DNA from: Alphaproteobacteria bacterium
Lineage (GTDB): Bacteria; Pseudomonadota; Alphaproteobacteria; MPNO01
Length of the DNA: 64,000 bases
Direction of reading: 5' to 3'
NCBI GenBank assembly: GCA_965248835.1
Contig: CBDFLJ010000001.1
Location: forward strand, 1,504,001 to 1,568,000
A program made the position numbers and the translations under genes. The notes beneath the pieces were generated by a model that had not been told where the DNA came from, ran no database searches, and saw nothing but the letters and a program-made list of their open reading frames with translations. Shown piece after piece: positions 62,740-64,000 of this stretch (positions are counted from its first letter, which is position 1; each line of letters opens with the position of its first letter).

Positions 62740-62870
62740 CGTGCCCCGGCTCTCCCGTGTTCTTCCAGCCTCGCAGGATGTCGCGATTGGCCGGCCCGTT
62801 CAACCACCCGCGCCGGACCTTGTTCAGACGGAAGCAAGACGCGGCAATTGATGTGAGAGCGGAGGTCTCC

Positions 62871-64000
62871 ATGCCTCGCTCAACGAACCGCCGAAGAAAC
62901 CCCACCGTCTCGCCCGTCCTGAACCGGGACAGCGCCTTGCCAGGGCGAGTTCGCAGGGTCATTGTCGGCCGCCGAAAGCTTGGAAGGGCCAGGGTCTTGG
63001 AAGAACAGTCGCTAAGAGGATTCCTCGACCTCGTCGAGCGCACCTGCCCCGACGAGCTGTTGCGGGTAAGCGAGCCGGTCAGCCGCGATCTCGACATCAC
63101 CTCGGCGGTCTTCGAGCTCGAGCGGTCGGGGCGCAGCCCGGTGGTCGTCTTCGAGCATGTCGAGGGCTTCGACATGCCGGTCGTCACCAACGCCGCGGGC
63201 AACCGGCGGCTCCTGGCGCTGGCGCTCGGCGTCGAATCGGACGCCTTGCCGGACACGTTTCGCGAGCGCTGTCAGAACTACACCCCGGTCGAGGTCGTGG
63301 CCGATGCGCCCTGGCAGGACGTGGTCCTGGAAGGCGCGGATGTCGATCTGACCCGGCTGCCGATCCCGCTCCATTTCTCGGTCGATGCCGCGCCCTACAT
63401 CACCGCGGGCCAGATCAGCGCGCGCGACCCGGAGACCGGGGTCGATACCACCGGGTTCCACCGCCTGATGCTGCGCGGCAAGGACCGGCTGGGCGTGTCG
63501 CTACATTCGCGGCGGCGGATGTACGAGTTCCACCGCCGGGCCGAGGAGCGCGGCGTTGCGCTGCCGGCGGCGGTGACGCTGGGCATCCATCCGATCCATT
63601 ACATGGGCTCGATGGCCTATCACTACCCGCCGGACGTCCGCAAGCTCGAGATCATCGGCGCGTTGTTCGGTGCGCCCTACCGGGTCGCGCGATGCGGCAC
63701 CGACGCCCTGGAGGTGCCCTGGGGGGCGGAGATCGTCATCGAGGGCGAGATCCTCAACGACGCGCGCGAGGCCGAAGGCCCGTTCGGCGAGTTCACCGGC
63801 TACGCCTCCTACCGCTCGACCGACAACGTCTTTGTCGCCAAGCGCATCCAGATGCGCGCCGCGCCCTATTTCCACTCCGTCGCCTCGGGCACCGCCGCCG
63901 ATCACATCCTGGTCTCCAGCATCAGCCGCGAGGCCGAGATCATGAACGCCCTGCGGCGCAACCTGCCCAACGTCCGGGCGGTCCATGTGCCGACGACCAC
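62871..64000 (+). CDS. UbiD-family prFMN-dependent (de)carboxylase, 3'-truncated by window edge and absent from the ORF track
   Basis: Manual translation gives QSLRGFLDLV, MPVVTN, DLTRLPIP, PYITAG, GFHRLM, EIVIEG and EGPFGEFTGY. Start is ATG 62871 (GGAGG upstream) or the in-frame TTG 62997. Confidence 0.9.
   Translation, partial: MPRSTNRRRNPTVSPVLNRDSALPGRVRRVIVGRRKLGRARVLEEQSLRGFLDLVERTCPDELLRVSEPVSRDLDITSAVFELERSGRSPVVVFEHVEGFDMPVVTNAAGNRRLLALALGVESDALPDTFRERCQNYTPVEVVADAPWQDVVLEGADVDLTRLPIPLHFSVDAAPYITAGQISARDPETGVDTTGFHRLMLRGKDRLGVSLHSRRRMYEFHRRAEERGVALPAAVTLGIHPIHYMGSMAYHYPPDVRKLEIIGALFGAPYRVARCGTDALEVPWGAEIVIEGEILNDAREAEGPFGEFTGYASYRSTDNVFVAKRIQMRAAPYFHSVASGTAADHILVSSISREAEIMNALRRNLPNVRAVHVPTT

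Noticed and set aside
1-64000. CRISPR arrays, tRNA/rRNA, riboswitches, IS elements and prophage
   Set aside because: Intergenic gaps are short (about 250 bp at most), and I saw no repeat-spacer periodicity, RNA gene signatures or mobility genes. A covariance-model scan would be needed to exclude small RNAs.

Overview
High-GC, gene-dense bacterial window, probably alphaproteobacterial (inferred from gene content). It holds about 55 CDS, almost all catabolic enzymes. I found no rRNA, tRNA, CRISPR array, integrase or transposase. Main blocks: (1) 0.7-10.9 kb, an aromatic/N-heteroaromatic module with a CoA ligase, an MBL hydrolase, two tandem alpha/beta hydrolases, a MetE-II-family protein, a 2-oxoquinoline-8-monooxygenase-like OxoO/OxoR pair, an M20-fold protein that has lost its metal ligands and a VanA-like Rieske oxygenase. 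(2) 11.5-15.4 kb, M24 hydrolase, cyclodeaminase, IlvE and DUF924. (3) 15.4-28.7 kb, hydantoinase/oxoprolinase-family genes, including a complete five-subunit acetophenone-carboxylase-like operon in the order B-C-D-E-A. (4) 28.8-33.5 kb, a signal-less aryl-sulfate sulfotransferase and a tripartite tricarboxylate transporter. (5) 33.6-36.5 kb, a Tat-exported carotenoid-cleavage-type oxygenase, DUF2141 and a membrane LytTR regulator. (6) 36.5-43.7 kb, CoA ligase-thioesterase-pyrF-AhpD and coxG-comDE-like-Rieske genes. (7) 43.7-50.8 kb, another hydantoinase A/B pair and valine-catabolism genes. (8) 51.5-64 kb, a molybdenum hydroxylase MSL, cupin, flavin monooxygenase, triple-RidA protein, NIPSNAP, AtzH-like protein and a truncated UbiD-family gene. 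Best candidates for undescribed systems are the transporter + sulfotransferase + Apc-like carboxylase cluster and the ligand-less M20 protein coupled to oxoOR. All family assignments come from motif recognition and recalled reference sequences, not database searches.
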